DNA of 63,030 nt, filler included, from Intoshia linei (GCA_001642005.1; 4 parts of 4 records of this genome joined end to end with filler, not necessarily neighbours in it), one strand, 5' to 3'. Counted from the first letter of the whole stretch, positions 37,801 through 52,185 are shown. Notes: a model not told the origin generated them from the sequence alone. Translations and numbers: made by a program.

Positions 37801-40800
37801 ACATTTATCCAAAAAATGCCTCTTAATGTAGTACAAAATAGTTGTCACAAATGCAATGGGTTATATTATGATTTGGTACAAAATTCTTGTGTAGGTAAAA
37901 TATAAATCTATCGTAAAATTAAATTGAATATTTTTTATAGCTTGTACGATTAATACACCAAAAACATCTACTCTTCCTTGTCTACATTGTATTGATTACA
38001 ATAACAATTATTATTCAAAGGGATACTTTCACTCTGCCGGAAATTGCAAAAGTATTATTTTGCATTTTTAACATTATTATTTATTGTATATTGTGGTTTA
38101 GGCTATGACTGTTCAGCAGTACAGACAAACAGCATGAGTTGGTGTGATTATTGCAATGGATACTACTGGGATTTTGGTATGGCTGATTGTAAACGTAAGT
38201 ATGTTCATTTCGGTTCATTATTTCCATACATAGCCAAATTGTGTGATGGGTCTGTCGATATTACGACTGTACTAGTACAAAGTGAATGTGAAGCTTGCAC
38301 AAATCGAGTATGGATTACTGGAAAATGCACAGCATGTATAAAATTTTTAGTAATTTGTAAAATATTTAGTTGTATGTGACCCCGGATGGACCACTCAAAA
38401 AATAGATAAATGTGGAAAATATTGGAATGGCTTAACAAATACATGCGATCGTTTACTATATTGTTTTATTTTTAATGTTAATTTCAGCTGTGCAATGTTA
38501 TTATACGGCTACGTTGACTGAATTAGAATGTAAAGGTTGCCATAATCGGTATTGGGATACATCGGCATTGCAGTGTTTTGGTAATTATTAATCAATTATT
38601 AAAATGAATCTGATTTAATTAAAATTGATTTATACTATTAATATTTAGAAATCGACTGTTTTGCAATTAATCTGTTGATCACGCCAGATAAATGTTATGG
38701 ATGCCGTAGGCTAGGCTGGTATTGGGATTCTGTAACTAGCTGCACGTTCAGTATAATATAATTGAATAATAGTCATGTACATATAAATTATAGTATCAAA
38801 AGGTGACTGTGATGCTGAACCTACCGATATTGACAAATGTACAGGTTGTGAAGAAATGGATTGGGATGCTGGTCAAAATAAATGCAAAAAAATAACAGGC
38901 GACAGTACAATAGATTTAATTTATCTATAATCATTTTAGCTTGTACATCCAACTTGGTAAGATTTTTTAAATTGAAAAATTATTTTTCAGATCACCGAAA
39001 AACAGTGTAATTTTTGCTTTGGGTTAAAGATAGCTGGTGTCAATCTGAAAGGTATGATACTTATATGATCATTGATCACATGAAACTCATTTAGCTGTGA
39101 AATGTATTACTAAACCTGATATTAGTCACTGCCATGGACTATCCTATTTAAATAGTGGCGGAACTGCAAAAAGTATTACATTATAATTATTATTATAAAT
39201 TTATATTGGTCGCTCGTAAATGGCGTCTCTTTGGAGGTTTTCAATTAATGATTTATTTTTCCACATGACACAATATTGATAACAAAAATTAATTTTAAAA
39301 TTGTTTAATATATTTGGAAGGTTAACTTCCATTTAATATTGATTGATACATCTGAAAATATGGCTTAATAAATAATATTGTCAATTGATTACAATAACTT
39401 GACTAAATTCACTCCAAATAAAAATAATAATACTTGTGTTATACTAAAAAAAAAATCAATTTATGAGACTAAAACCCAGATTTTTACATGTCAAATTTAA
39501 GTTTCACTCCTGATTTGGAAATTACTGCAAGAATGTTTTAATTTTCAAAATAAATGTACATTTGTAAGGTTGAATTTTACCATCCACGTTAATTGAGTGA
39601 ACTGCTTCAGAATAATCTTTTTAAAAATTCTAGGTCTTAGTTTGTTTTGATTTTTCACAAAAGGGTCATTAGGGTTTTATTATTAAGATACGCACACATA
39701 AACCAGCGTGATATCAAGGTGAGTTTTTAATTATTGTTTTACTATAATTCATTTTCTTTAATATATAGTATATATTATATACAATACATTTTATACATGT
39801 AATGTATAGCTTTTTATAACCTTGTTTATATTATATCATTAAATGTTTAGAATTACACGGCACAGTATTGGATGACCAATATAAATGTAGTGGAGTACTA
39901 GAAAAATCATGGGTTGGAGGCAACTGTGTTGATTCTCCTGTTGGTGACTGCATTTCACCTAGTTTCAGTCAAGTTATTTGCAACAATTGTTTCTATGGAA
40001 TTTGGGACCCAATATTACAATATTGCACTAGTATATAACTATTGAGGTGTTAAATGTTTTCTAAAAACTAAGATGCAGGGTCATACAGGATGAGAAAATT
40101 TTTTTGAAGAGCTGTCGTATAGTAACGTAATCGTTTAGTATAACTTATAAAAATAAGTTATAACGACATTCACAACGAAATATTTATATTATGTATTGTA
40201 TTGTATGTATCGCTTTATTTTTTGGGTAGCAGTTACTTTAATAGTTTACTACGTATTTATATTTACCAATAATTTTAGAAGCTTAAATTATTAATTATTA
40301 TAATTATGAATTAACATAATTTATTATGTTAACATTAATATGAAGTAAATTGAATTGTAAACGAAACTTATATCGTTACGTATACTATTTGTTAAGCCTA
40401 AATTTAAAAAACACTAACCTCTCAAACGATTAAAATTGGGCTAATTAATGAGAAAAAATGTATTTTTTCTTTGAGTTAATTCAAATTTTCCTCAGTAATT
40501 GTTAAAACTTTACTTTCAGTGTCAAAATAATCCATTAACAATTAATAATCTAATTAATTAAATTTTGAAAAACAGCTAAATATTAAGAAAAATTGTTGAA
40601 TAAACTAAAAAATAATATTTCTTAATATTATTTCATGTATTAGCCAGATGTTTATTGAACTTTATGTATAATATTAATTACAAAAATCGACCCACGACAA
40701 AAACCTATCAGGACCAAATATGTCCTTTAAAAAAAATTTTAAAGGGATTAATTACTAAATTAATAATAAATATTACAAATGTTCAAAACATTGTGGGTAT

Positions 40801-43800
40801 TTTTAAATTGCAGAGCATGCCAATGTTTTTTCAATAGTATTAAAAACATACACAAACTTCAATTCTCTCACTAATGTTACAAATATGGTAAATATATGTT
40901 AACTAACATGTTAATTTATTACCTAGTAAATTGCATATAAATATACTTTTCATTAATACATTAATTCTCAGTCTATACATTTAATTGATTAATTATAATA
41001 CTCACACCGTACGGACAATATTTTTTTAATTTCTAAAATTCGATGAAAAAGTTAACACCTCAATAATAATATAAATATACAGTATTTATAGTATTTATTT
41101 ATGTTAATAATAAATATAAAATATAGAAATAATAATACAGTACATTAATATGTCAAATCATTTATTTTTTATTAATTTAATTAATTTTTATTTTTAAAAG
41201 GTGCTCTCATCATCCATTGTGGATGGATTCGAAAATCAAACATATCATTCTTATTTATTTTGATAACGAATAAGAACGTAGGCTAAGCTTCATAGAAAAT
41301 GTTCTTAGAAAAAAATTGAGTTGATATCTTTATGCACATTGTAAATGTGGGTGTCATTGACACCAAGGATTAGAATTAATTGATTGCAACCAATTTATTG
41401 CAATTAATTGGTAAAATTATTGAAAAATAATCAATTAATTGTTTGTTCAAAAAGTATTTTTCAATTAATTGAAAAATCAAAAAATATTTTCCAATTATTT
41501 GCTTTATGAAAAATAAAAAATTTCAATTAATTGAAAAATTAATATTTAGCAAACAATTAATTGGTTTATAGAAAATAATTGATTCAATCAATTATTTCCA
41601 ATCCCTGATTGACACTGTCACATTTTTCGGAATTTTGAGCATGTGATAGTCAATTAGTATACATATTAATTACACTAAATGTGTGTATTTTTAATATAGA
41701 AAAACTATTTCGCAATCAAACACATTTAAAGCTATCTATACGAGTCGTGTTGTCATTTATAATTGATCATTTTAAAAATTTATGATTTCATTTATTTTGG
41801 ATTTTAGTTGGTTAAAATCCTCTAAAAATCTAAAAAATAATTATTTTATTTTATAATATACCCTGGTAAAAAACCATAAAATGAACTACATGTATCGTCA
41901 AAATTTTAAATAATAAACGACATACTATACACATTGTATAGTATAACACGGACTTCAACATAATATCCTCATAACTATGGATATCTCATTATATCTACTT
42001 TTCTCCTCAAATAAATTTTTGTATGATAAATTTAAAATGACAACTGTACATCAATAGTTATTTTAACATTGATGTAAATATTTTTATTACATAATTACAT
42101 TATTACATTAATGACCAGATTCAGAACTAATTGTCATTAATTATTAGATACGTGCGACACCCTAATGTACATTGTATAATTAATAATACAATACATGTAG
42201 TATGTACTATTTTAAGTAAATAAGTAAAGGACAGTATCCTGATGATACTGCATTAATATTGTATACTGTATATATTTTTTGAAATTTAAACGTACATAAT
42301 GTATACTAGATTTGGATTGTAATACCGCATCCGCTATTCCAGATTTAATATTGCTACAGCCATCTTGCATTAGATGCGAATCATTAAAAACTGGTCTTAG
42401 TTGGATATCTGGATCGACTTGTGTTGGTATATAGTATCTATTTTATTGGTATAAAAAGTTTCTAGTTAACGATTGCAGTTTTGTCAATATACCAACTTAT
42501 ATTGAACAATTTTGCAGATCTTGTATGCAAGCTTATTGGAGCTCTGGTTCCTGTAAAAGTAATACAATTGTATAATTCGATTACTGTATCTTTTAGATGT
42601 TAACTGTGCGATTCAACCATTGACCGATATTGATTATTGCGAATCTTGTGGCTTATCTTGGGATTCATTTGGAAGCAAGTGCTGGGGTAATCCATGAACT
42701 TATTTTTTACCGTCAATGATTTCAAACATTAGTGTGTCCTCAAAATTCCGTTTCATGTGATAACAATGGAGCTACTTGTACTATTGGTTATTATTGGGAG
42801 TTGAGTACTTGGAGCTGTGTGCGTAATTTAAGCTTTTTATTATTTATAAATTTATAAAAAGAAATATCCTGTTCGACGGATAACCTCAATTCCTTGGGTA
42901 AATGTAGTGCATGCATTAACAGAATATGGAATTCATTGACAAATATATGTGATAGTAATATTTATTAACATATAAATATATTAACAAGTAATTACATATG
43001 AATGTTATATTTATTTAAAATATAATTAATAGATTGTCCAGTTAATTGTGATACATGTTTAAATTCATTAATATGTGTTACATGTGCTGAAACATACATA
43101 TGGAATATTGCGACAATGCAATGTGAAGGTATTATTTTTTGCAATTCATAAATATTCCCTATAATTGTGAAATGATCATGTTGGGAGTCATTAATTTAAT
43201 CCCTAACACAAGGTATGGGGATAATTCGTAAGTGCAATTTTTTTTTAGAATATTTTAATTTCAATATAATGGTTTTGTTAATTTTATGTTAATTTGGTTA
43301 TGTTTATTTATGCTGATATTTCGCATCCTTTCATAATACGTTAAGTTTAAAGTAGTTTACTTAGGTGTAAAAATTTTATGATTTCGTTTAATAAAACTGA
43401 TGGTGGGGTGAAAGTGAAAATTTCAATTGACTTAACTAGCCAATTAAAAAAAAACAATTTGGAAAATGGTTAGTATCCTATTTTATAATGAGTTAAATGT
43501 TAATCGTTTGAAGATGGGTGCTATTTCATAATTATTGTTATATTTAGTTTGCAGTTACGCAACAATTAATTATTGTTCAAATTGTCCATTAACCTTACTA
43601 GTAAACATTCCTCAATGTGTTGGTAAGTCTGTTAATTTCAATATCTATTTAGAGCAAATTACATTTTCGAAACAATCTTTTTAATTTTTACCAATTCTTT
43701 TTTCAATTTTCCAACGTTTTCAACGAAATGAAAAATTTGTTTGGAAAATGAAAATTTTGTTGATGTAATGAGAATGAACCAATGTATATAAATTAATTGA

Positions 43801-46131
43801 TATGGTGTATTGTATTATAACTTTATAAATAAATATATTTATTTATTGTTGCAGTATGCACTTTGACAATGTTGTTGAACGACGAAGATACCTGCTTAAG
43901 ATGTGGTTTAGCTGTTACAGGAGGTACTCCATACTGGAATGAATTAACTTCTACGTGTTTAAGTAATTTAATATTTCAATTTACAATGAGGACATCAATT
44001 AAATTTTTATTCAGATTGCCCTTTAAATTGTCTTGAATGTATAGACAATTCAATATGTACTAAGTGTATTATTGGATATTATTTCAATAATGAAAACGTA
44101 GCTTGTGAAGGTTATCTAAAACTATAAAACTAATTACATACATTGCAGAATCTACGATTGTTAAGAAATAACACCCTAAAAATTTTTTGATGAAAAATAT
44201 TTGAAGCGTCATTGAGGGATATTAAGTAGATTAGGTTCAGCTTTGTATATTAAATATATTCTATTTCATTATCACTACAATATTAATTAAATTATATATT
44301 CGATTTATTTTTAGCCTGCTTATCTGGTTGTCTCGTCTGTGCAAGCGTCGATATATGCTCTGATTGTGGAGTTGGATATTTTTTCAATTCTGAAAGTTTA
44401 AATTGTGAAGGTTAGATTTAATTTTGATTAAAATTTAATTGCATAGTGGTTTCCACCACGTTCGGTATGGTTGCATATATTAATAATTAATTAATTATCC
44501 ATTAATAATTCCATGATTAAATGCAATTTCGTGTTGAGTTTAACGGAACTGTATTTCCAATTTGAAACTTCCAAACATATCAAAAAAAATTTAAAATACT
44601 AAATATATTTATATATTATTTCTTATATCTTGTATATCGTAAAATATTTTGATGATATTGAATTCAACAAATTTAGTTATTAATTAAAATCAATCAATAT
44701 TTAAAAATATTAGTTAAATTTTATTTAGATTGTGTTACAAATTGTAACGAATGTACTGACAAATTTTCTTGTCAAGAATGTGCCATAAATACGTATTTTG
44801 ACGTGAATATATGTAAAGGTAATTATTATAATAATATTTATTTGTATTATTAATATTATTAAATTGATATAAATTTATTAAATTATTTGTTAATTAAATT
44901 TATTTGATTATATTTTTAAATTTAGAGTGTATCAATAATTGTATTGAATGTTCAACAAATAGGTCATGTTCAAAATGTGCAATTACTTATTATGTGAGAC
45001 ACGATCGAACGACTATAGTTTGTGAAAGTAAAATTTTTATTATTCATCTATACATTTTAAAGGTTGTCCTCAAAATTGTGATTTTTGTTTATCATTCGAT
45101 AAATGTACACTTTGTTCAGAAGGCTACTGTGTTGTCGAATCCACTGGATTATGTATTGGTAATATAGAAAACATTATAGCTTATACATATCTAATATATG
45201 ATAAATAAAAATTAAGCTACAAATGAAAAATGCAAAATGTGCAGAGAAGTGTTCGTTGGAAAACTGATTCAAATAGATTGTTTAGATTGCATTGATCGAT
45301 ATCAACTCGAAGTTTGCAAACGTATTTTTGTTTATTTACGTAACGTTATTATATTATTAAGCATGCAGCGTTGGTTGTAAAATTTGCTTAGCCAATGATA
45401 TATGTGATATTTGTCAGTACGGGTACTTTAAAAGCGAGTTAGTGTGTTTAGGTATTTTTATTTGATGTAAAATTAGTGATATTTTATAATTATGTATTAT
45501 CAGCATGCCCAAAAGATTGTAAAGTTTGTGAAAATTCAACTAGTTGCGTAAAATGCAATCAACCTACCATATATTACAGTCAGTCTTTAAATCAGTGTTA
45601 CGGTTAATTTTTTATTAACCATGTTAGCATTTCATAATTAGCGTGTCGACACGGCTGTAAAGATTGTTTGGATGGTGTCACGTGTTCATCATGTATTATT
45701 GGATTCTTGCTATTTGAAGAAACATCCGTTTGTGAACGTATCTGCGTAGTATATATTATATGATTATTTTTAGCTTGTCCGAAAAATTGTTTATCGTGCT
45801 CGACAGCCGATACCTGCAATGCTTGTATATTTAAAAATATGTATTTCGATCAGACAGTCAAATCATGTCAATGTATATATCCTGTAATGGGATTACTATA
45901 AATAAATTAATAGATTGCCGACATGGTTGTAAAACTTGCGTCAATTCTTTAAATTGTTTGAAATGTACAGAGTTGTTTATTTTTGACCCCATTAGCAATT
46001 TATGCATAGGTTTATTCCATTTATATATTATTATACGTTTCTAGCTTGTGGTGAAAACTGCCTTGACTTTGAAAAACCTTGTGAAATCGGTTACTATCTA
46101 AAAACCAAAGAAAACACACGGCAGTGCATAA
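34873..46131 (+). CDS. Large secreted/surface Cys-rich repeat protein (furin-like/VSP-like repeats), ~40 exons, 3' end lost in gap
   Basis: Signal-peptide-like MKFDFFYILLFLIYQTFVQS, followed by ~90-110 nt, mostly phase-1 exons each encoding one repeat, e.g. CLPNCDTCLDRLGCSRCSLGFYKETGPKQC and CPLNCLECIDNSICTKCIIGYYFNNENVAC. Confidence 0.85.
41364..41607. mobile_element. hAT-type MITE with perfect TSD
   Basis: TIRs CAAGGATTAGAATTAATTGATTG / CAATCAATTATTTCCAATCCCTG, exact 8-bp TSD ATTGACAC, internal CAATTAATTG repeats. Confidence 0.9.
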
Positions 46132-46162
46132 GTAATACTTTTAGCCATACTAGTTTGGTTTT

Positions 46163-46262
46163 NNNNNNNNNNNNNNNNNNNNNNNNNNNNNNNNNNNNNN
46201 NNNNNNTTAATTAATTAANNNNNNNNNNNNNNNNNNNNNNNNNNNNNNNNNNNNNNNNNNNN
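46163..46262. other. Assembly gap with linker
   Basis: N-runs around TTAATTAATTAA. Confidence 0.97.
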
Positions 46263-47356
46263 AAATTGTTGGAGGAAATAGACAATTCAAGTCATAAAAA
46301 GGTTGATCGTTTACCAATTATTGTCAGTGGTCATGCAATTGAACAACTATTGGGTGTGGCAAAATTGGATAAAGGAACTGGCAAAATGAATAAAAAAATT
46401 GATAGATGAATAGAAAATTTCAAATAATATTATAAGGATGTGTTTTGACATGACAAGTTCCAACACAGGAGTACATGCTGGTGCTTGTACTTTAATTAAA
46501 CAACTTTTGGAAAGACATTTACTTTATTTTGCATGTAGACACCATATTGCTGAAGTTATTATCAGTAATGTTGCAGTGGTTTGTTTTGGATCAACAACTG
46601 GACCAAGCAATAAATTATTTAAGAAATTTCAAAATAATTGGAGTTCAATCAATGTTGATAATTTTCAAATATGGAATACTGATAATGAAATTGAAAAAGT
46701 GATAAATTCAATAACTGGAGAACAATTGAAAAATGATACTGTCAATTATCTGAAAAAATTTGACAGAAATTCAATCATAAGAAATGACTATCTTGAACTT
46801 TTGAATTTATGTTTGATTTTTTTTGAAGACATAAGCAGAATAATATTTTTTAACAAACCTGGCGCTTTTCACTATGCAAGGTGGATGTCAAAAATAATAT
46901 GCTCTCAAAATTTGGTTGTTCAGGGACCAGTTTAAATTGACATTGCAAGAAAAAAATGGTTTAAGAAGCTTTTGTTTATTTACATCACTGATTTATGTTG
47001 AATACTGGTTTCAGTCAACATCATCATGTGATGATGCTATTTTAGATTTAAATTTATTAGGAAACTTATTTGAATATAAAAAAATTGATCAGAAAATTTC
47101 TAATGCAGCAAATTCTGCTATTCATTGTCATCTTTGGTATGTGTCACCCAAACTAATAGGTTTACCATTATTTGGTGATGCTTTGAAAGATGATGAGAAG
47201 AATTTGCTAGCATCAGCTATTTACAATCAAGTTAATGAAATAAAAGTCTACATACAAAAATTGCAAATATACGTTAAAAAATATAATTTTAAAAATTTGG
47301 CAACCCCTCAAAATCCTGTTAAACGGCCTTTTTTGCAAAATTTGCCATCTCTATAA
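46263..47356 (+). mobile_element. Frameshifted DDE transposase with CxxH motif (hAT-related, possibly hATm-like)
   Basis: DRLPIIVSG..EQLLGVAKLDKGTG; CFDMTSSNTG..AGAC..LLYFACRHHIAE; RNDYLELL; PGAFHYARWMSK; HLWYVSP. Several frameshifts and a truncated C-terminus. The subgroup assignment is tentative. Confidence 0.8.
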
Positions 47357-47599
47357 ATTTTTGTAACACTGATTCACCCGAAAAAAGTTTTTAAATAGAC
47401 TGAATCCACGAGATATTGATAAAATAAATGTCACTTATAGTGTGTGTGTGTGTATATATTAGTGTCACTTATACGAGGTAAATTTTCATGTTTGCGATGT
47501 TACTTATGGCAAGGTACTGTATCTATCTAATTCGCCAATTTTTGATGTTGCATAATTTTAACCAAGTAGAGAAATTATAACTAATTAAACAAAGAAAAT

Positions 47600-50500
47600 A
47601 TTTAATACTGACGGCATTGGTAGCTCTATAAAATAAACGTTTCCAAAATTTTGGTGGCGATGTGCAAGATTAGCGAACTACTGGTGAATTACAGATAAAA
47701 GACTATTTTATATTTGCATATTAAAAATGTTTACGCGATAAGCTGTAGATTTTCTAACAACGCTGATATTTTCCCACAAAACATGATATGATTGACATTG
47801 TTTAGGGATATTTACAAATTGATCTAAATTTATATCAATAAAACAATTTTTTATTCTGGTGGTCACTATGTTTCACCATCAGGCCATATTAAAAATTTTT
47901 TTCGTCTTAGATAAATTACAGTTGTAAAATATTTACTTAAATATTAATTAAAATTAGTAGTTAATAAGCGTAGTATAAATTATGTATTTTCCAAATTGTA
48001 AAAGTGTAGCTGGTCCGTTACTAATTTATAAAAAATAAGTGTAGCCTTTCGCGAGCCAAACAAAAACACTTGACGGATCGTATAGTGTCCACCCGTTCTT
48101 TACCATTATTTTCATTTTGCATCAAACCAGTTGAATATTCTTTAATATGAAATAAAAATGGACCTTCTCTAGCAAAAAAATAAAATACAAAAACTCAACT
48201 TATATTATATACGGTTTTTCATCGGATCTGGTTGATCGACGATTAATTCGAATGATGCATTGTTCTGTATTATTTTTAAATTCCTCCAAATATTCCTATA
48301 AAATATTCATATATAAATATAAGTATAAATACTAAATTAAGACAGTAAACAGATTAAACGCTAATAATACAATTAAAATTTTAAGTGTGCATTTTTCTAA
48401 AATTTTTTTATAAACCTTTACAACAATTTCATTTCGAGATTCCAAATTTTTTAGCATATCTACAATGCTATCAATGTTAAATGAATGTAACATTCTCGGT
48501 GAGCACATGCGACTAATTGTAGTTAAAAATGGATTTTTTGTTGATTTATTTCCGGCAGTCGAAGCTCTATAATAATATATAGATAATTATGTAATAAGCT
48601 AGTATTTGAATACTAGCTTTTATATTATGTACTTTGTACAAACAGTGGTTAGCTCCGCCGAGGGCGGACTTTTTTAAATCTACAAAAAATAAAATATTTC
48701 ATTAAAATGGTACTATTTACTATTACCAATCCTTTAAATGAATAGTTCCCAAACGTGGGGAGAGAATTTTTTATTTTTAAATTCTAGGACTACAATTGTA
48801 TTTATATTATATCAAATTTTTTGTTAAGCAAAATAATCTACCAAAAAAAGTGTAAATAGTATATTGATTTATGATCATGAAGGCTTAACTTTGTGACATT
48901 GAAATATTTTAATATATTTTAACTGAAAAAAGCTGTGACTTTTTTAAATTCTGGGATTATTAGTGTTTTTCAATTTTAGAAAATAATGGGTAATTTGAGG
49001 TTTTAACCATGAAGTTTTTGAAATTGAAACTTATAATGATCATGATTTTAAAATCTGCCTCAGAATGTAAATTTTAAAAATTCTAGATCTGTTTGATTTT
49101 AAAAAAACGGGATAATTGGGGTTTTTACCATGAAGACTCAATTTCTGAAATAACATGCGATAAACACTGCATTTCAACAATATAATTACAAAATCAAATT
49201 AGAAAGAAATTTATTCAATTCGCCTACTAGCAGCCCTGATCTCAATCGATCATTTATGGAAATTTTCAAAAGATTATAATCGGTGTTTATTCAATATGAG
49301 TATCATACAAAAAACAATATTTATCATTAAGAGATATATAATTAACCATATTATCCCGCTTAGATATTAAATTAATATCAATATAAACAAAACACATACA
49401 TAAAAATTAAAAAAAATGTAATTAATAAAGTTGTTAATTCGATGACAAGTCGAATTTTTGAAGTTGCTTAAAAAACAGATGTACTTATTATTAAACAATG
49501 TACTTATTTTATTATTACTAATCTTAAACTATTTTATTTGCGTACCTCATATTATAAATAAATTTTTACTAACATAATACATACATTTCTCAATTTTTTC
49601 AGTGGTCCCAAAATGTAACATGTGGTCCTAAGGGTCACTTGATCCCCGTTAAGTCTTTAACAACAATGTTGTAAACAATAATAAACAATCAATTTCAAAA
49701 ACCAGAATGAAATTTGGGTGTCTTTTAAACCATTAAGTCTCATAAATATGAAACATTTATTTTATTTTCATCGATAACCACCGCAGACCACCTCTAAACT
49801 ATATACTGACTATAAAAAAATAATAATTACAAATTTTTGTATAACATCCGTAAAGTCCTAATGTAAGTAATATTGTAAGTATGTGTTTCATTGTAAATCT
49901 AGTAACATATTTCATTTTCACATAAATTTTAAAATAATCTCTAAAAATCGACATTATGGAATTGCAGGTCACGCCCAAAATATTTTAATTTTTTATATTA
50001 ATGTTTCATAAATAAACACAATTTTGAAATATATTAAATAGATATAGATAGCCAATTAAACCCACATTAATACATCGTATACTAAAAAATTACCATAACA
50101 ATGTGGCATACATGCAACAGGTATAAAAGTAATTTGTGAGAAATAAATACGCATCTTTCAATATCATCCAATTTATCTTTCAACTATTAATAGTGATAAA
50201 TAAAATATATACAGTAGGGCAGTGTATCTTAACCTTTTTAACTTCAGGGCGCTGATAATATAAATAAAAATTTGGGCGCACCTTAAATTTTGATAAGAAA
50301 AAAAACACATCAATATTAGAAAATATTCAAAGATTTAAAACGATAAAAATATAAAATCGTAATAATATAAAATTATTTTTAATAACTAACTTTGAAAGAA
50401 CATTTGATGTATGATAAAATTTAGATATTTTTGGTGTTCACAATGTTACACGGTGCAATAAAAGAAAACTGAATAATACAAGGATTAGAAATATATAACA

Positions 50501-52118
50501 GTGGTTAACACCAATACAGCAACTTCTAGAACAGAGGTTCTCAACATACTTCGCAGTTGATACCCCTAAACTGAAAAAAATAATTTGGTACCCATAAAAA
50601 TTTAAATTTAGTGTAATTATGACACCGTATCAATTAAAAAAATTGTTAAAACTCTACTTGACCAAAATGCACATCTGAAAAATCGTTAATGATTGAACTG
50701 ACAAAATAGGGACGTACATATATTTAATATGCAACCTTAAAATCGCAGAGACGATCAAATAGACGTAAATACATAAAGAACTAAGTATATTATTAAAAAT
50801 TAATTTTTCAATTATTTTTGGGATTTTAAAAAATATATATAATTTATGAGTCATAGTATCAGACGAGCTGGTACTCTAAAATATTTTATGGGGTCCCTAG
50901 GGGTCCCAGTATCTTCATTTGGGATCCGCTGTACTTTAATAAATTAATTGTCATAATTGTTAAAAATTCATACTTTTTTTAAATTTTTGGTCATAAATAA
51001 ATTGCCCTAGTTATATATGTTAATAAATACAATACAAATAAACGTACATGTATTTTGTATTTAAATATATAACAAACCTCTGGATCTATGATAGTGCTAT
51101 CAAAGGTGGGGCATTCAAAATTACTAAAAGCTAGAATAAATACAACGTCCTCAAATTCATCATAGTAACATTTGATTGAATGCTAAACAAAAAATGTATC
51201 TAAAATTTTACACTAGTTTTTCACTACCCTTTATGCATTGGGCGCCTTTGCAATGATTACAAAAATTGGAGCATAAGCAAATAACAAAATAGTAAACATT
51301 ATATATCTGTTGGGTGCTGATTAAAAATTTGTACCTTTGTATAAAATTTTGCAAGAAAAAGCAGGAAATTATGTTGTTTCGATCAAAAAAAAAAGCATCT
51401 GCTGTCACTCATCCTAAGTGAATTGGTATAGTTCCATTCAATTTTTTAATGCACACATAAAATCTTCTGCGGCAAACTAGTGAGTCAGGTGCCACCACTT
51501 GAGAAACACTAATTTAATATATATTGAATAATTACACTCCTTTGGTCATATTCATCCAACTAAATACAATAGTATCAATAAAATATTAATAGCTATTGTT
51601 CAACAAATTGAAAATAGATTTTAAAGCATGGCTATCTAATCGAAAGGTAGATACAGGGGACGCCTCAATTTTTTTAGCTTTCCACTTTCATCAATAATGA
51701 ATATCTTTCGCAATTTAACAAAACAAGGTAATATTGACAAAATATTGTCACGATCTTTCATTAATATATCCAGAAATTTTCTACCTTTTTCTCTTACCTA
51801 CCTCCTACTAAGAAAGAAAGAAATATGCTCAAAGTTAAAAAAAAATCTTGTCAACTGACAGTAAATCAAAAAGGCATACATTTATTTGCGATAAACTAAA
51901 TAAATAATTACATGAAAAGCTTGAATTCCAATCAATTTATTGACTTTTTCAATAATTTCACTTGGAGAAATATTTTGTTCTTGGATAAAAATCCCAACAG
52001 AAGCAATTTGGTTATTTTTACGAAAATTTCTATAAAATGAATTCAACCGTAAAGAAAATGAATCATAAAGTTAAAATTACTGGTTATGTATATTGTTTGT
52101 GCCTATTGACCATCGCAT
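47600..52118 (-). CDS. SMG8: Divergent SMG8-like NMD factor, N-terminal part; 3' end unresolved near TE/gap
   Basis: In-phase exons give LLLYLLHVCHIVM|IYNETHTYNITYIRTLRML...SRMCSPRMLHSF...EQCIIRINRRS...FIELP, paralleling SMG8 LLYLFSVCHILLLVHP..FDITYDRVFRAL...RPCPPRLLF...EDQIYRIFRKS...FELP. Confidence 0.7.
50532..50931. mobile_element. Older inverted copy of the 30218-30529 hAT MITE family
   Basis: CAGAGGTTCTCAACATACTTCGC... matches the reverse complement of the 30.5 kb terminus and ends GGGATCCGCTG. TSD not conserved. Confidence 0.75.
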
Positions 52119-52185
52119 TGTAGGTTTTAGTTTGGAAAATCAAAAATGAAATTTTTTTTATGCAATAAAATTTAGTTTAAATTAA

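Noticed and set aside
38370-38450. Apparent frameshift in a Cys-repeat exon
   Set aside because: On recount the exon is in frame (FVCDPGWTTQKIDKCGKYWNGLTNTCD).
34873-46131. Calling the Cys-rich gene PCSK5/furin
   Set aside because: No prodomain, subtilisin or P domain between the signal peptide and the repeats.
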